Part shown: piece after piece, positions 7,997-17,123 of the stretch | Layout of the letters: every line of letters starts with the position of its first letter | Position numbering within the stretch: the stretch's first letter is position 1 | Source: Minisyncoccota bacterium | GTDB taxonomy: Bacteria; Patescibacteriota; Minisyncoccia; Minisyncoccales; GWA2-38-27 | Length of the DNA: 48,820 nt | Assembly (NCBI GenBank): GCA_028687715.1 | Contig: JAQTZP010000003.1 | Coordinates: 73,521-122,340 of the forward strand | Reading direction: 5' to 3' | Made by a program: the position numbers and the translations under genes | The notes under the pieces: generated by a model | What the model was told of the DNA's origin: nothing | Database searches by the model: none | What the model saw: only the letters and a program-made list of their open reading frames with translations

Positions 7997-8830
7997 CTAT
8001 TCTATCTCATAAACAATGCTAACATTTGAGCTTATTTTGCTTTCTCCTGTTTCAATATCAGGAGCAGGAACCGCTCCTCCAAGTCCGTAACTTGAATCCT
8101 TTACTGCTTCAAGACCATAGCTGTAAAAAGGAGGGACATAGCTGTCTTCCTGGAAATTAACAATCTTTACTAATTTTATTCCTAAAGCTGAAGCAAGCTC
8201 GTTTGCCTTATTCTTAGCATTTTCAATTGCTTGAGTCCGCGCTTGATTCTTGAATTCATCTTCTTTATCAATTTTAAAATAGAGGCTTCCGACTTCATTT
8301 GAACCGGCAGCTGCTGCCTTTTCAATAACCTTTCCTATATTCTCCATATTTCTGATTTTTACTTCAATCTGCTGGAATACTTCATAGCCTGTTAGAACTC
8401 TTTTGCCCGGAGGATAAGGATAGATTTCTATTTCTACTCTTTGGTATTCATAGCGGGGATAGATGCTAAAAGATACTGTCTTTATATCTTTGTCCTCTAT
8501 GCCTTCTCCTTTTACGGCTTCAATTACTTTATTCATCTTCTGGGTGTTTTCCTCTATTGCTTTATCCACGGCAGCTCCTTCTGTTCTTACTGAAAAATCA
8601 ACTACTGCTAAATCAGGCTTGGCATATACCTCGCCCTTGCCTGTTATTGTAATTGTGTCTCTCATTCCTGCCTGACGGCCCAAATACTTTCCTTCTTTTA
8701 TCTTATTGGGAATCTCAATTAAAGCAGAAACTGTTATAACGGCTAGAAAGACGCATAAAACTATTATTAAAATAAAGATGGGACTCTTATGTTTTTCTTT
8801 TATTTCGCTTAGAAGATTTTGATTGTCCAT
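7997..8830 (-). CDS. SIMPL/DUF541 domain protein (periplasmic immunogenic protein-like), N-terminal TM anchor
   Basis: 277 aa. ITITGKGEVYAKPDLAVVDFSV..KMNKVIEAVK..GIEDKDIKTVSFSIYPRYEY and the C-terminal ..SSNVSIVYEIE are typical of the SIMPL family. Confidence 0.75.
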   Translation of the reverse strand: MDNQNLLSEIKEKHKSPIFILIIVLCVFLAVITVSALIEIPNKIKEGKYLGRQAGMRDTITITGKGEVYAKPDLAVVDFSVRTEGAAVDKAIEENTQKMNKVIEAVKGEGIEDKDIKTVSFSIYPRYEYQRVEIEIYPYPPGKRVLTGYEVFQQIEVKIRNMENIGKVIEKAAAAGSNEVGSLYFKIDKEDEFKNQARTQAIENAKNKANELASALGIKLVKIVNFQEDSYVPPFYSYGLEAVKDSSYGLGGAVPAPDIETGESKISSNVSIVYEIE

Positions 8831-8896
8831 AGATAATATAAATTTAAATATAAAGAAGCGACCTTTGATTCTAATTTAAATATAAAGGAATGAAGT

Positions 8897-9613
8897 TTAA
8901 AAGTCAAAATAGTTTTCAGAGATTAAATCTAAACATTTTAGATAATCCTCTTTTATTTTCAGCCTTAATGCTGTTTGACAATTATGCGATGTTAAAATCC
9001 TTATAACCTTAATAACCTCAGGGCTTACTGGTTCAATTCTTTTAAATCCTTTGTCAGAGAATCTTTTAAAACATTCCTCGTCAATTATTCCCTCTCCTAG
9101 AATAAAATAGAGCTTGTCTGGATTAAGTTTTCTGCCGCATAAAAGACAATGATAAAGGTCTATCTGATAGCCAAGTATAGATATAAGGTTCCAGAAGAAA
9201 TAATGATATATAATTTCTGATTTAAGATTTTCTGAATCATTCAATCTTCTAAATGACTGGGCTATAAGAGACCAGACTTTTTCATCGCGCTCCTCTTCCT
9301 TTATCAAATCATTCAAAGTTTTAACTATTTTATAGCCTGTCTTAGCCTTATCTAAGTTCTGCCTGACATCTTTAAAGCTATCAATAACAGAAGCATCAGT
9401 CATTGTCTTGTAATTCTTTCCCTGGATAAACTCAATTTCAGAGAGATTAAAAAGCTCTGCCTGGGGCCTGAGTTTTGAAGCAATCTTTCTTACAGCCTTG
9501 CCCAAGATTTCAAGTTTGCCGAAATTCTCTGTATAGACAGTAAAAAAGCGGTCAGCTTCCTGAAAGTCATCCTTAGATATTATAAAACCCTGGGTTCTAT
9601 AATGAACAGCCAT
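8897..9613 (-). CDS. recO: DNA repair protein RecO
   Basis: 238 aa. The N-terminal OB-fold pattern (TQGFIISKDDFQEADRFFTVYTENFGKLEILGKAVRKIASKLRP) and a central CLLCGRK zinc motif match RecO. Confidence 0.8.
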   Translation of the reverse strand: MAVHYRTQGFIISKDDFQEADRFFTVYTENFGKLEILGKAVRKIASKLRPQAELFNLSEIEFIQGKNYKTMTDASVIDSFKDVRQNLDKAKTGYKIVKTLNDLIKEEERDEKVWSLIAQSFRRLNDSENLKSEIIYHYFFWNLISILGYQIDLYHCLLCGRKLNPDKLYFILGEGIIDEECFKRFSDKGFKRIEPVSPEVIKVIRILTSHNCQTALRLKIKEDYLKCLDLISENYFDF

Positions 9614-9615
9614 AA

Positions 9616-9909
9616 TTATTTCTCTCCTGAAACTCTTTTTAGATATTCTATCTTTTTTTCTATCTCTTCTTTTTCAACCCTATCCCTGGCCTTAAATGCT
9701 TGAGACTTTAATTTATGCAAAGCATCTCTATAGTCTGATTTAGAGATCTGACTGCCGTATTTTGCTCCGAAGACGTCTCTTTCTATTCTTTTTCTTTCCT
9801 CTTGGTAGTATTTTTTGCCTCCAGTTTTTGGAATTACGCCGCTGTCTTTTTCAAAAACCTCTCTAAGCTCTTGTCTTGATAGGGATTGTTTTTTATCAAA
9901 AAGACCCAT
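9616..9909 (-). CDS. hypothetical small basic protein
   Basis: 97-aa ORF packed tightly between ileS and recO (1-2 nt gaps). It is Lys/Glu-rich and contains no motif I recognise. Confidence 0.5.
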   Translation of the reverse strand: MGLFDKKQSLSRQELREVFEKDSGVIPKTGGKKYYQEERKRIERDVFGAKYGSQISKSDYRDALHKLKSQAFKARDRVEKEEIEKKIEYLKRVSGEK

Positions 9910-9910
9910 A

Positions 9911-12853
9911 TTATTTGTTCCAGCCTATCCAGGCCTGATGTGAATCTATTTTAATCTCTTTTGATATTTCTATATCTTCTAACTCTTTCTCAATAACTTC
10001 AATCTCTAAAATGCCAGTTGTGTCTAAGATAACTTCTTCATTGTCTTTAAAAACGCTTATTATCTCCTTTGGAGCTTTTACCAATAGCTTTTTTATCTTA
10101 TCTTTTGGCTGGTAACTGAATTTCTTTCTTAAATCCTGGATATTTCTGATTATCTCCCTTGCCATCCCTTCTTTTTTCAACTCTTCTGTAATAAAAGTAT
10201 CAAGCTCAACTTCTTTTTCAATCTTATCATCAAAAACTATTTCTTTGACATTAACTTCTTCTTTAATAAGAGAATTAAGCTCTTCTTCTTTTATTTTTTT
10301 ATCTTTTATTTTTAACATAGCTAATGGTTGACGTATTTTTATTTTCGCCTCCGTCCTTTTAGAAAGAACAAGTTCGACAATCTTTCTTATATGCCTCATC
10401 TTTTTCTCAATTTTTTTGTCTATTAAACCACTATTGGGCTTCGGGTAATCACAGAGGTGAACCGATTCTGAAGAAACTATTCTAAGTTTCTGCTTACTGG
10501 TTTTTGCATCCATCTTGAGTGACTGATATATATATTCAGACATAAAAGGAATAAAAGGAGCCATTAATTTACTTATAGTAACTAAAATTTCATAAAATAT
10601 TTGATAATTTTCGCTTTTTTCTTTTTTATTCTTAGGATTCTGAAACTTTTTGCGCGAACGTCTAATATACCAATTTGAAAAATCATCAATAAACTCATCG
10701 AAAAGTCTAATTGCTTTTGTAAGCTCATATTGTTCCAAGTAATAAATTACCTCTTTATTTAATCGATTAAGCCGAGAAATTATCCATCTATCTAACAGAT
10801 TAATTCTTTTAACTCTAAGAATATCTTTAGGTTTAAAATCTTTATCTTTATAAGTATTAAAGAAACAGAAACTATGCCATAAGGTACTAATAACCTTTCT
10901 GAAAACTTCTTCTACTCTTTCAGAAGAAAAACGATAATCCTCGCCGACGGGAGTTGAGGTCAAAAGAAAATATCTTAAAGAATCTGCTCCATAACGATTG
11001 AAAATCTCGCTAGGCTCAGGATAATTTTTTAATTTCTTGCTTAATTTTCTTCCCTGAGCATCTAAAATTAAGCCATTAACAATAACATTTTTAAAAGCTG
11101 GTTGCGATTTTTTTAATCCTATATTTTTTAAAGTAAGTGCGGTTGCAATAACATGAAGTGTGTAAAACCAACCTCGGGTTTGATCTATCCCTTCGGCAAT
11201 AAAATCAGCAGGAAATGTTTCTTCAACTAAACTCTTATTCTTGAAGGGATAATGCCATTGCGCGTAAGGCATAGATCCCGATTCAAACCAACAATCAAAA
11301 ACCTCAGAAACTCTTTTCATTATTCCTTTATTGCAATTTCCGCATTTAAAAGTAATCTCATCAATATAGGGACGATGCGGATCTTTTATTTTTCTTTTGC
11401 TCAATTTTTCTAATTCCTTAAAAGAACTAATTATCTTAATATTTTTGCATGTCTTACATTGCCAAATTGGTATTGGCGCTCCCCAAAAACGATTTCGGGA
11501 AAAAGCCCAATCTTTTACGTCTTCCAACCACATACCAAATCTTCCTTCTTTAACATGATAAGGTACCCAAAGAATTTTTTTATTGTTTTTAATTAATTCT
11601 TTTTTAATTTTTTTAACTGCAATATACCAGGTTTCTAATGCGTAATAGATTAAAGGAGTATCACAACGCCAACAAAAAGGATAGGAATGTAAAACTTCTT
11701 CCTCATTATATAAAAGAGCTCTTTTGGATAAATCATCAATAATTTTAGAATCAACATTTTTAATAAATTGTCCAGCGAATTTACCTGCTTCTGTTTTGAA
11801 GAATCCTGATTCATCTATAAGATGAATTAAAGGTAAATTAAATTTTTTCCCTAACTGAAAATCATCATCACCATGCATAGGTGCTATATGAACGATACCG
11901 GTTCCCTCTAATAAACTTACGAAAGAAGCGGGTAAAACCTTAAAACCATTCTCTATATTTTTAATCTTTGTTTTTTTAAAAAAATCAAAAATAGGTTCGT
12001 ATCTTAAGCCAATAATATCCCTGCCTGAAATTTTTTTAATCACTGAATAATGCCCTTTTAAGACTGATTTTCGTGATTGAGCTAAAATTAAATTTTCATC
12101 TCCTTGTTTAACTATAATATAATAAGATGTCGGATTAATTGCTAAGGCCAGGTTGTTCGGTAACGTCCAAGGTGTTGTTGTCCAAACTAAAAAAAAGGAG
12201 TTTTTAAAGCTTGAATCCTTAATTTTAAACTTTAAATAAATTGAGTTTTCTTTTATCTCTTTATATCCTTGATTAACTTCAAAGTTAGAAAGAGGAGTGC
12301 CGCACCTAGAACAATAGGGAGAAACCTTATAATCCTTATAGACCAAGTCTTTTTCCCAAAGCTGGTACAAAACCCACCATACTGATTCGATATAATCTCT
12401 TTCCATAGTACTGTATGCTTTTCTATAATCAGCCCAACGACCAACCCTTTTTAATATTAACTCAAAATCTTTGACACAGCGGAAGACAGAAGCCCTGCAT
12501 GCTTGATTGAACTTCCCGATACCGAATTTTTCAATCTCTCTTTTGTTTTTAAAGCCGAGTTCTTTTTCAATTAAATTTTCGACAGGAAGGCCATGACAAT
12601 CCCATCCAACACGACGGCTAACATTATATCCTCTCATTGTTTGATAACGTAAAACCGTGTCTTTAATAGTAGTTGCTAAAATATGACCATAATGAGGTTT
12701 ACCGGTAGCAAAAGGAGGTCCATCATAAAAACTAAATTTTGAGCTGTTTTTCCTTTGAGAAATTGATTTCTCAAAAATCCTATTTTCCCCCCAAAATTTA
12801 AGGATTTTTTCTTCTATTTCAACAAAAGATAAGTTTTTATTTTTATTCAACAT
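9911..12853 (-). CDS. ileS: isoleucine--tRNA ligase (type 2-like)
   Basis: 980 aa. The HIGH region is PPFATGKPHYGHIL and the KMSKS-like region is RKLSKKLKNYPEP. An editing domain and Zn-like CxxC pairs are present. Confidence 0.9.
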   Translation of the reverse strand: MLNKNKNLSFVEIEEKILKFWGENRIFEKSISQRKNSSKFSFYDGPPFATGKPHYGHILATTIKDTVLRYQTMRGYNVSRRVGWDCHGLPVENLIEKELGFKNKREIEKFGIGKFNQACRASVFRCVKDFELILKRVGRWADYRKAYSTMERDYIESVWWVLYQLWEKDLVYKDYKVSPYCSRCGTPLSNFEVNQGYKEIKENSIYLKFKIKDSSFKNSFFLVWTTTPWTLPNNLALAINPTSYYIIVKQGDENLILAQSRKSVLKGHYSVIKKISGRDIIGLRYEPIFDFFKKTKIKNIENGFKVLPASFVSLLEGTGIVHIAPMHGDDDFQLGKKFNLPLIHLIDESGFFKTEAGKFAGQFIKNVDSKIIDDLSKRALLYNEEEVLHSYPFCWRCDTPLIYYALETWYIAVKKIKKELIKNNKKILWVPYHVKEGRFGMWLEDVKDWAFSRNRFWGAPIPIWQCKTCKNIKIISSFKELEKLSKRKIKDPHRPYIDEITFKCGNCNKGIMKRVSEVFDCWFESGSMPYAQWHYPFKNKSLVEETFPADFIAEGIDQTRGWFYTLHVIATALTLKNIGLKKSQPAFKNVIVNGLILDAQGRKLSKKLKNYPEPSEIFNRYGADSLRYFLLTSTPVGEDYRFSSERVEEVFRKVISTLWHSFCFFNTYKDKDFKPKDILRVKRINLLDRWIISRLNRLNKEVIYYLEQYELTKAIRLFDEFIDDFSNWYIRRSRKKFQNPKNKKEKSENYQIFYEILVTISKLMAPFIPFMSEYIYQSLKMDAKTSKQKLRIVSSESVHLCDYPKPNSGLIDKKIEKKMRHIRKIVELVLSKRTEAKIKIRQPLAMLKIKDKKIKEEELNSLIKEEVNVKEIVFDDKIEKEVELDTFITEELKKEGMAREIIRNIQDLRKKFSYQPKDKIKKLLVKAPKEIISVFKDNEEVILDTTGILEIEVIEKELEDIEISKEIKIDSHQAWIGWNK

Positions 12854-12930
12854 AATTATTCATATTATATTCTATTTAAAAAATAATTTCTTGTGTCCCC
12901 AATTTAAAAAATATATAAAGATATAGAAAA

Positions 12931-14108
12931 TCATTCATTTGAATATGCCGCGCAAGCAAATGGATCCTTTCCATAAATATTACCATTTAAATAGGCTCGT
13001 CCCCTACATCCTCCATGACAAATATCAAATTTGGAACATTTACCACAAATAGTATCTTTATAAATGAAATTCTTAATAGGATTAAAGATTCTACCCGGTT
13101 TTTTATAAATATTGATTAATTTTCTTTTATTTATACTTCCTAGTTTAAAATTAAATAGCAAAGGACAAGGATAAACATTGCCCTCTGAAGAAATGTAAAG
13201 AACATCTTTACCTGCTTTACATAACATTTCAGAGCTACAATTTTTCGGCAAAATAGATTGATCATATCCGGAATTATAATAATTTTTTAATTCTTTTTTA
13301 AGTAATAATAAATCTTTATTCTTATTAACTCTGCCCATTTCTGTAATTGGAGCTGTTACTAATAACTTTACCCTTATTCTCTTACAGAAGTTTCTAAACT
13401 TTTCGTAGGAAGGAATACTTTTTTTATAATACATCATTCTTACAACTACTTCTATATTATTCTTCACTAAAGACTTTATATTATTAACAGTTTTATTAAA
13501 AGTATCCTTACCTCTAATATATTCATGGCTTTTTTTAAAACCATCTAGACTTACTATAATTCGTGCAACTTTAAACTTCTTAAAGTTGTTAATTAATGAA
13601 TTATTAATTAATAATCCATTCGTAGAAATTGTAATTTGAAAATTTAGATCTCGGCAAAATTTTAAAATCTTAGAAATATCTCTATGTAAAAAAGGTTCTC
13701 CTCCTGTAATACTAATTAAAAATCCTCCTAATTTTTGAAATCGAAGAGAATTTCTTTTATTTTATCATAGCTCAATTCTGTAATCGGAAATTCACTCCAT
13801 AGACAGTGACGACAATTTAAATTACATCTACTAGTAATTTGCAAATCAAGTTTTTCTAACTTTCCCTGATTATAAGGTAAATCACTAAATCCCTTTCGAA
13901 TAAATTCATATTTTTTTAACTCGTTATATAAAAATATTTCCTCTTTATTTAATTTATTTAATGATTTTTTAGCGATTTTTTCTAATAATTGAAGAGTATA
14001 AGGATTTATTTTAATAACAACATTTGATGTTAATCCATACAAATAGTAGTCTTTACCTTTTCGTTTTATTAAAAAATTTAAATATCTCATAAATTTTAGA
14101 GAAAACAA
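12931..14108 (-). pseudogene. radical SAM/SPASM peptide-modifying enzyme with RRE-like N-terminus, interrupted by a 1-nt frameshift
   Basis: ORF 13728-14108 carries a PqqD/RRE-like N-terminus (DYYLYGLTSNVVIKINPYTLQLLEKI..EEIFLYNELKKYEFI) and the radical SAM cluster motif CNLNCRHC. The -1 frame continues without stops (LGGFLISITGGEPFLHRDI..ITISTNGLL..VSLDGFKKSHEYIRGKD) into ORF 12931-13467. That ORF ends with a SPASM motif (CGKCSKFDICHGGCRGRA). The break lies at the T5 run 13732-13736. Confidence 0.8.
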
Positions 14109-14220
14109 AAAAAATCCGTCAATAAAAATGATTTTGACTATTAATTTTTAAATTAAGTTTTTCAGTTGTATTAATAACTATTTCTTCTAAATCAGAAATA
14201 TTATATTATGATAAAAAGTT

Positions 14221-14373
14221 CTAGCAAGCACACCCAAAGGCATCGCAACCAAAGACTATCATTGATCTTTTTTGTTCAAACCTTTCTTCTATTTTTTCAA
14301 ATACAATTTTTCCTTTTTCTTCCTTATCATTTAATCTTGTCTTCCTATCTGGCTTTTTGTTTGTTGTACTCAT
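14221..14373 (-). CDS. candidate RiPP precursor peptide (50 aa, Cys-rich C-terminus)
   Basis: Own translation gives MSTTNKKPDRKTRLNDKEEKGKIVFEKIEERFEQKRSMIVFGCDAFGCAC*. It is below the length cut-off of the ORF track. It lies 112 nt upstream of, and co-directional with, the radical SAM/SPASM gene. No clear SD precedes it. Confidence 0.55.
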   Translation of the reverse strand: MSTTNKKPDRKTRLNDKEEKGKIVFEKIEERFEQKRSMIVFGCDAFGCAC

Positions 14374-14465
14374 AATAATTTGTTAATTATTTTTTATTAA
14401 TCGACTTTATTTAAAGAAAATATCTTTTTCTATTCTTTCTAATTTTGGAAAATCAAGCATGGATT

Positions 14466-15035
14466 TTAGTTAATTCTTCGAAATTGTCCTGTTTTGATTA
14501 ATTTATCTGATGTATACACTCTGAAGATATCCAAATCATCAATATCTTTTATCTTAGCTTCAATAAAAGTAAGGGGTATCTGGTGACTGATGATAAGAAT
14601 CTTTTTATTGGTGTATTTTCTATCTGTATCAGTTAGAAAATCCATTACTCTTTCTATTATATCTTTATACGTCTCTCCTTTTTGAGGCTTTTTTTCAAAG
14701 CGCTCTTTAGGGTTTTTTAGAAATCCTTGGTATTCATCAATAGGCCTTGCATTAAAAACCCCGACATTATACTCTCTCAGCCTTTTATCATATGTTGGTT
14801 TTATTTCAAGCTCATAAGAAACAATCTCGGCTGTTTGCTTTGTCCGCAAAACATCTGAAGAAAAAATTAAGTCTATATTCTCCTTTTTTAATTCCTTTGC
14901 AGATAACTCTGCCTGTTTTTTCCCTTTTTCAGTTAAAGGAAATACTCCTTTTTCAGGCCAGGAAGATATAATGTCCTTTACATTAGACAATGCCTCTCCA
15001 TGGCGCATAATGTAATAAGCGTTTTTGAGTTTCAT
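14466..15035 (-). CDS. histidine phosphatase (phosphoglycerate mutase) family protein
   Basis: 189 aa with the N-terminal catalytic RHGE motif (YIMRHGEALSN) and a later SH motif (LIISHQIPL). Confidence 0.8.
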   Translation of the reverse strand: MKLKNAYYIMRHGEALSNVKDIISSWPEKGVFPLTEKGKKQAELSAKELKKENIDLIFSSDVLRTKQTAEIVSYELEIKPTYDKRLREYNVGVFNARPIDEYQGFLKNPKERFEKKPQKGETYKDIIERVMDFLTDTDRKYTNKKILIISHQIPLTFIEAKIKDIDDLDIFRVYTSDKLIKTGQFRRIN

Positions 15036-15072
15036 ATATTAAACAATATCATTTTATTATTATTATTTCAAT

Positions 15073-15098
15073 AAGCCCCGAATAACTATTCGGGGCTT
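15073..15098. terminator. perfect 12-bp palindromic hairpin between genes
   Basis: aagccccgaata-ac-tattcggggctt lies ~30 nt after the stop of 15126-15683. The T-tract is weak, so terminator function is inferred. Confidence 0.45.
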
Positions 15099-15125
15099 GA
15101 TTTATGTCTATACCAATCAGTTATT

Positions 15126-15683
15126 TTACTCGGTGAATTTAAAAGTAGAGAGCATCTGGTTTAAAACATTATCTTGTTCAACAAAATTACGTTCATCTGG
15201 TTTATAAATTATTTTAGGGAAAAGTTTATAAGCAATTCCATCACGGATAGCGCAATATTGCACCTCGTCATAAGGTTCACATTTTAATCCGCAGCCAATT
15301 CCTTTAAATGTAATTCCACCTAAAGAAATATCCTGAGCATCTGCGCTCCAAGCGGTTTTATAACATTCGTCAGATTGAGCTCCTGTTACTACTTCTATAT
15401 TAAGTTGTCTTTGTCCATCTGCAAAAATAAAAGAAATACTTTTATCAAGTTCTTTTATTTGAGTGCCGATTAGATATTCTATTGAGAATCTGTAATTAAC
15501 GTTTGTGTATGTCTTCCAGTCAGATGTCTGATCTATTTCGGTATTTGAGGTTTTTGTTGGTTCTTGATTTAGAACATAGTAATACTGATAAGCTAAAGTT
15601 ATCCCAGCTACTATTACAGCTAAGACTAAGATAATTCCTATTGCTAAAGGAGTAGATATTCCTTTGTTTAGATAAGATTTCAT
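15126..15683 (-). CDS. secreted/anchored hypothetical protein with conserved KG-ISTPL N-terminal cassette (family member 1)
   Basis: 185 aa. The N-terminal 34 aa MKSYLNKGISTPLAIGIILVLAVIVAGITLAYQY are identical to those of 16287-17123 and 28259-29392. The C-terminus ends NQMLSTFKFTE. Confidence 0.75.
   Translation of the reverse strand: MKSYLNKGISTPLAIGIILVLAVIVAGITLAYQYYYVLNQEPTKTSNTEIDQTSDWKTYTNVNYRFSIEYLIGTQIKELDKSISFIFADGQRQLNIEVVTGAQSDECYKTAWSADAQDISLGGITFKGIGCGLKCEPYDEVQYCAIRDGIAYKLFPKIIYKPDERNFVEQDNVLNQMLSTFKFTE
15581..15683 (-). repeat. 103-nt 5' coding cassette, copy 1
   Basis: Identical over 103 nt to 17021-17123 and shows 2 mismatches to 29290-29392. The ~6 nt upstream of the ATG (aaacat) are also shared. 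Confidence 0.9.
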
Positions 15684-15710
15684 ATGTTTTTATTTTGTTA
15701 TTTTATAGAT

Positions 15711-16286
15711 TTATCTTTCTGTAATATCTTCTAAATTTCCTTCGCAAACACACCGGAGGTATCTTTTATTCTTACATACCGTTGCAAAAGATATCCCGGC
15801 CCAGCCGTCTGAAGCAAATAAATACTCTTTTTCCACTCCTCCAATTGTACCATGAGGACCTTCTCCGGTTTCTGTACTTCCTCCATTAGATGTCCATTGA
15901 TTGCAATTATCACCCATGCTGCCTGTCCAAGGAAAATCTCCCGTCCATTCGCCTTTTCCAGTACCTTCTAACTGACCGTTAAGAACATCGGACCCAAATC
16001 CGTATCTATCAATACTTGTCATTTCAGTCCAGTTATTAGCTAAAATTAATGTTCTATTATTTGAACGATTATACCAAAAAATAGACGTATTATCGCTAAG
16101 TTTATAGTTTCGAGCCATATTTGCTATTGAGTCATTATTATCAACAGTAATTAAGGCATGAACATTTCCGTTTTCACAAACCAAACCATCTGGCGGACTG
16201 CACTTTGCATCAGCTCCCTGCCTTCCTCCAAGATTTCCATCATATTTCTCACTAGTTAAATAAACAAATAACGCTTTAGTCTTGCT
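15711..16286 (-). CDS. DUF1554-like (GNLGG..GAD..C) Cys-containing domain ORF without its own start or signal; in frame behind the TAA of the upstream gene
   Basis: The frame is open for 191 codons directly after the stop at 16287-16289: SKTKALFVYLTSEKYDGNLGGRQGADAKCSPPDGLVCENG...CNQWTS...VCKNKRYLRCVCEG. The first start-like codon (TTG 16184) lies after the conserved motif. Confidence 0.5.
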   Translation of the reverse strand, partial: SKTKALFVYLTSEKYDGNLGGRQGADAKCSPPDGLVCENGNVHALITVDNNDSIANMARNYKLSDNTSIFWYNRSNNRTLILANNWTEMTSIDRYGFGSDVLNGQLEGTGKGEWTGDFPWTGSMGDNCNQWTSNGGSTETGEGPHGTIGGVEKEYLFASDGWAGISFATVCKNKRYLRCVCEGNLEDITER

Positions 16287-17123
16287 TTACGGAGTATTAA
16301 ATAACTCAATCGTAGAAACTATCTTATCAAAGGTATTATACCAGATCTCAGCTTCTGTTTCAGAAGATATAATTCCATTGGCTAAATCGTTATAAAATTG
16401 ATTTTGATTAGCCCAGATTAAGCTGTCACCGCAACTTTCTTGGTTAGTTTCAAAATATTGCGGCAATTCAGTTTTAATCTTATTTATCGCCCATGCCTGA
16501 AGACTTACAACGATTTTATAGCTATTTTTAAAGAATATGAGTTCTCTTGTTGGAAGTACATTGCAAATATCAATCTGACCCAAGGTCGTAAATTCTTTAC
16601 CCCATATCTTGTCGTCAATTTTTACCACCTTTTGTGATGCTTTCAGAGAAAATGGAGGCGAGTATCCAAATTGTCCATTTTTCAAACTTTCTTCATCTTG
16701 TAAAGCTATTTCCTTAGTATATCCAAGTATAGAAGGAGGATATTCATCACTCATATCGCTTATTTTTTCTCTATCAATACTAAAAACTAAATAATCTGAT
16801 TTAAACCCCCAAGTATTTGGCGGCAGTCCAGCTGCAGATACCGCTGGCAAAATAATTCTTGTAATATTCTCACTTATTTTATTTGCGCTTACTTGTTCTG
16901 CTTTTAAGTCAGGAGGATATTTTAAAGAATAGCCAACTTTATCATCTGTAAAAACCTTCCAATCTGCAAATTCATCTTTTTGAGTTTCTTCAAGTTCGAT
17001 CTCTGCCTTAGGAACCCACCAATACTGATAAGCTAAAGTTATCCCAGCTACTATTACAGCTAAGACTAAGATAATTCCTATTGCTAAAGGAGTAGATATT
17101 CCTTTGTTTAGATAAGATTTCAT
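16287..17123 (-). CDS. secreted/anchored hypothetical protein with conserved KG-ISTPL N-terminal cassette (family member 2)
   Basis: 278 aa with the same 34-aa N-terminus. It ends FDKIVSTIELFNTP, equivalent to the ..LSTFKF motif of the paralogs. Confidence 0.75.
   Translation of the reverse strand: MKSYLNKGISTPLAIGIILVLAVIVAGITLAYQYWWVPKAEIELEETQKDEFADWKVFTDDKVGYSLKYPPDLKAEQVSANKISENITRIILPAVSAAGLPPNTWGFKSDYLVFSIDREKISDMSDEYPPSILGYTKEIALQDEESLKNGQFGYSPPFSLKASQKVVKIDDKIWGKEFTTLGQIDICNVLPTRELIFFKNSYKIVVSLQAWAINKIKTELPQYFETNQESCGDSLIWANQNQFYNDLANGIISSETEAEIWYNTFDKIVSTIELFNTP
17021..17123 (-). repeat. 103-nt 5' coding cassette, copy 2
   Basis: See 15581-15683. Confidence 0.9.

Noticed and set aside
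13725-13740. Programmed -1 ribosomal frameshift in the radical SAM gene.
   Set aside because: There is no canonical slippery heptamer and no obvious downstream stimulatory structure. A 1-nt homopolymer indel, either a true mutation or a sequencing error, explains the break more simply. It is kept as a finding only as a frameshift to verify.
14374-14465. A promoter for the RiPP-like precursor (TTGATT followed ~17 nt later by ATAGAA on the minus strand), and a TATAAT box upstream of the 1305-aa gene near 48585.
   Set aside because: The -10 or -35 halves are poor, and such hexamers occur by chance at high frequency in DNA this AT-rich. They are not strong enough to list as features.
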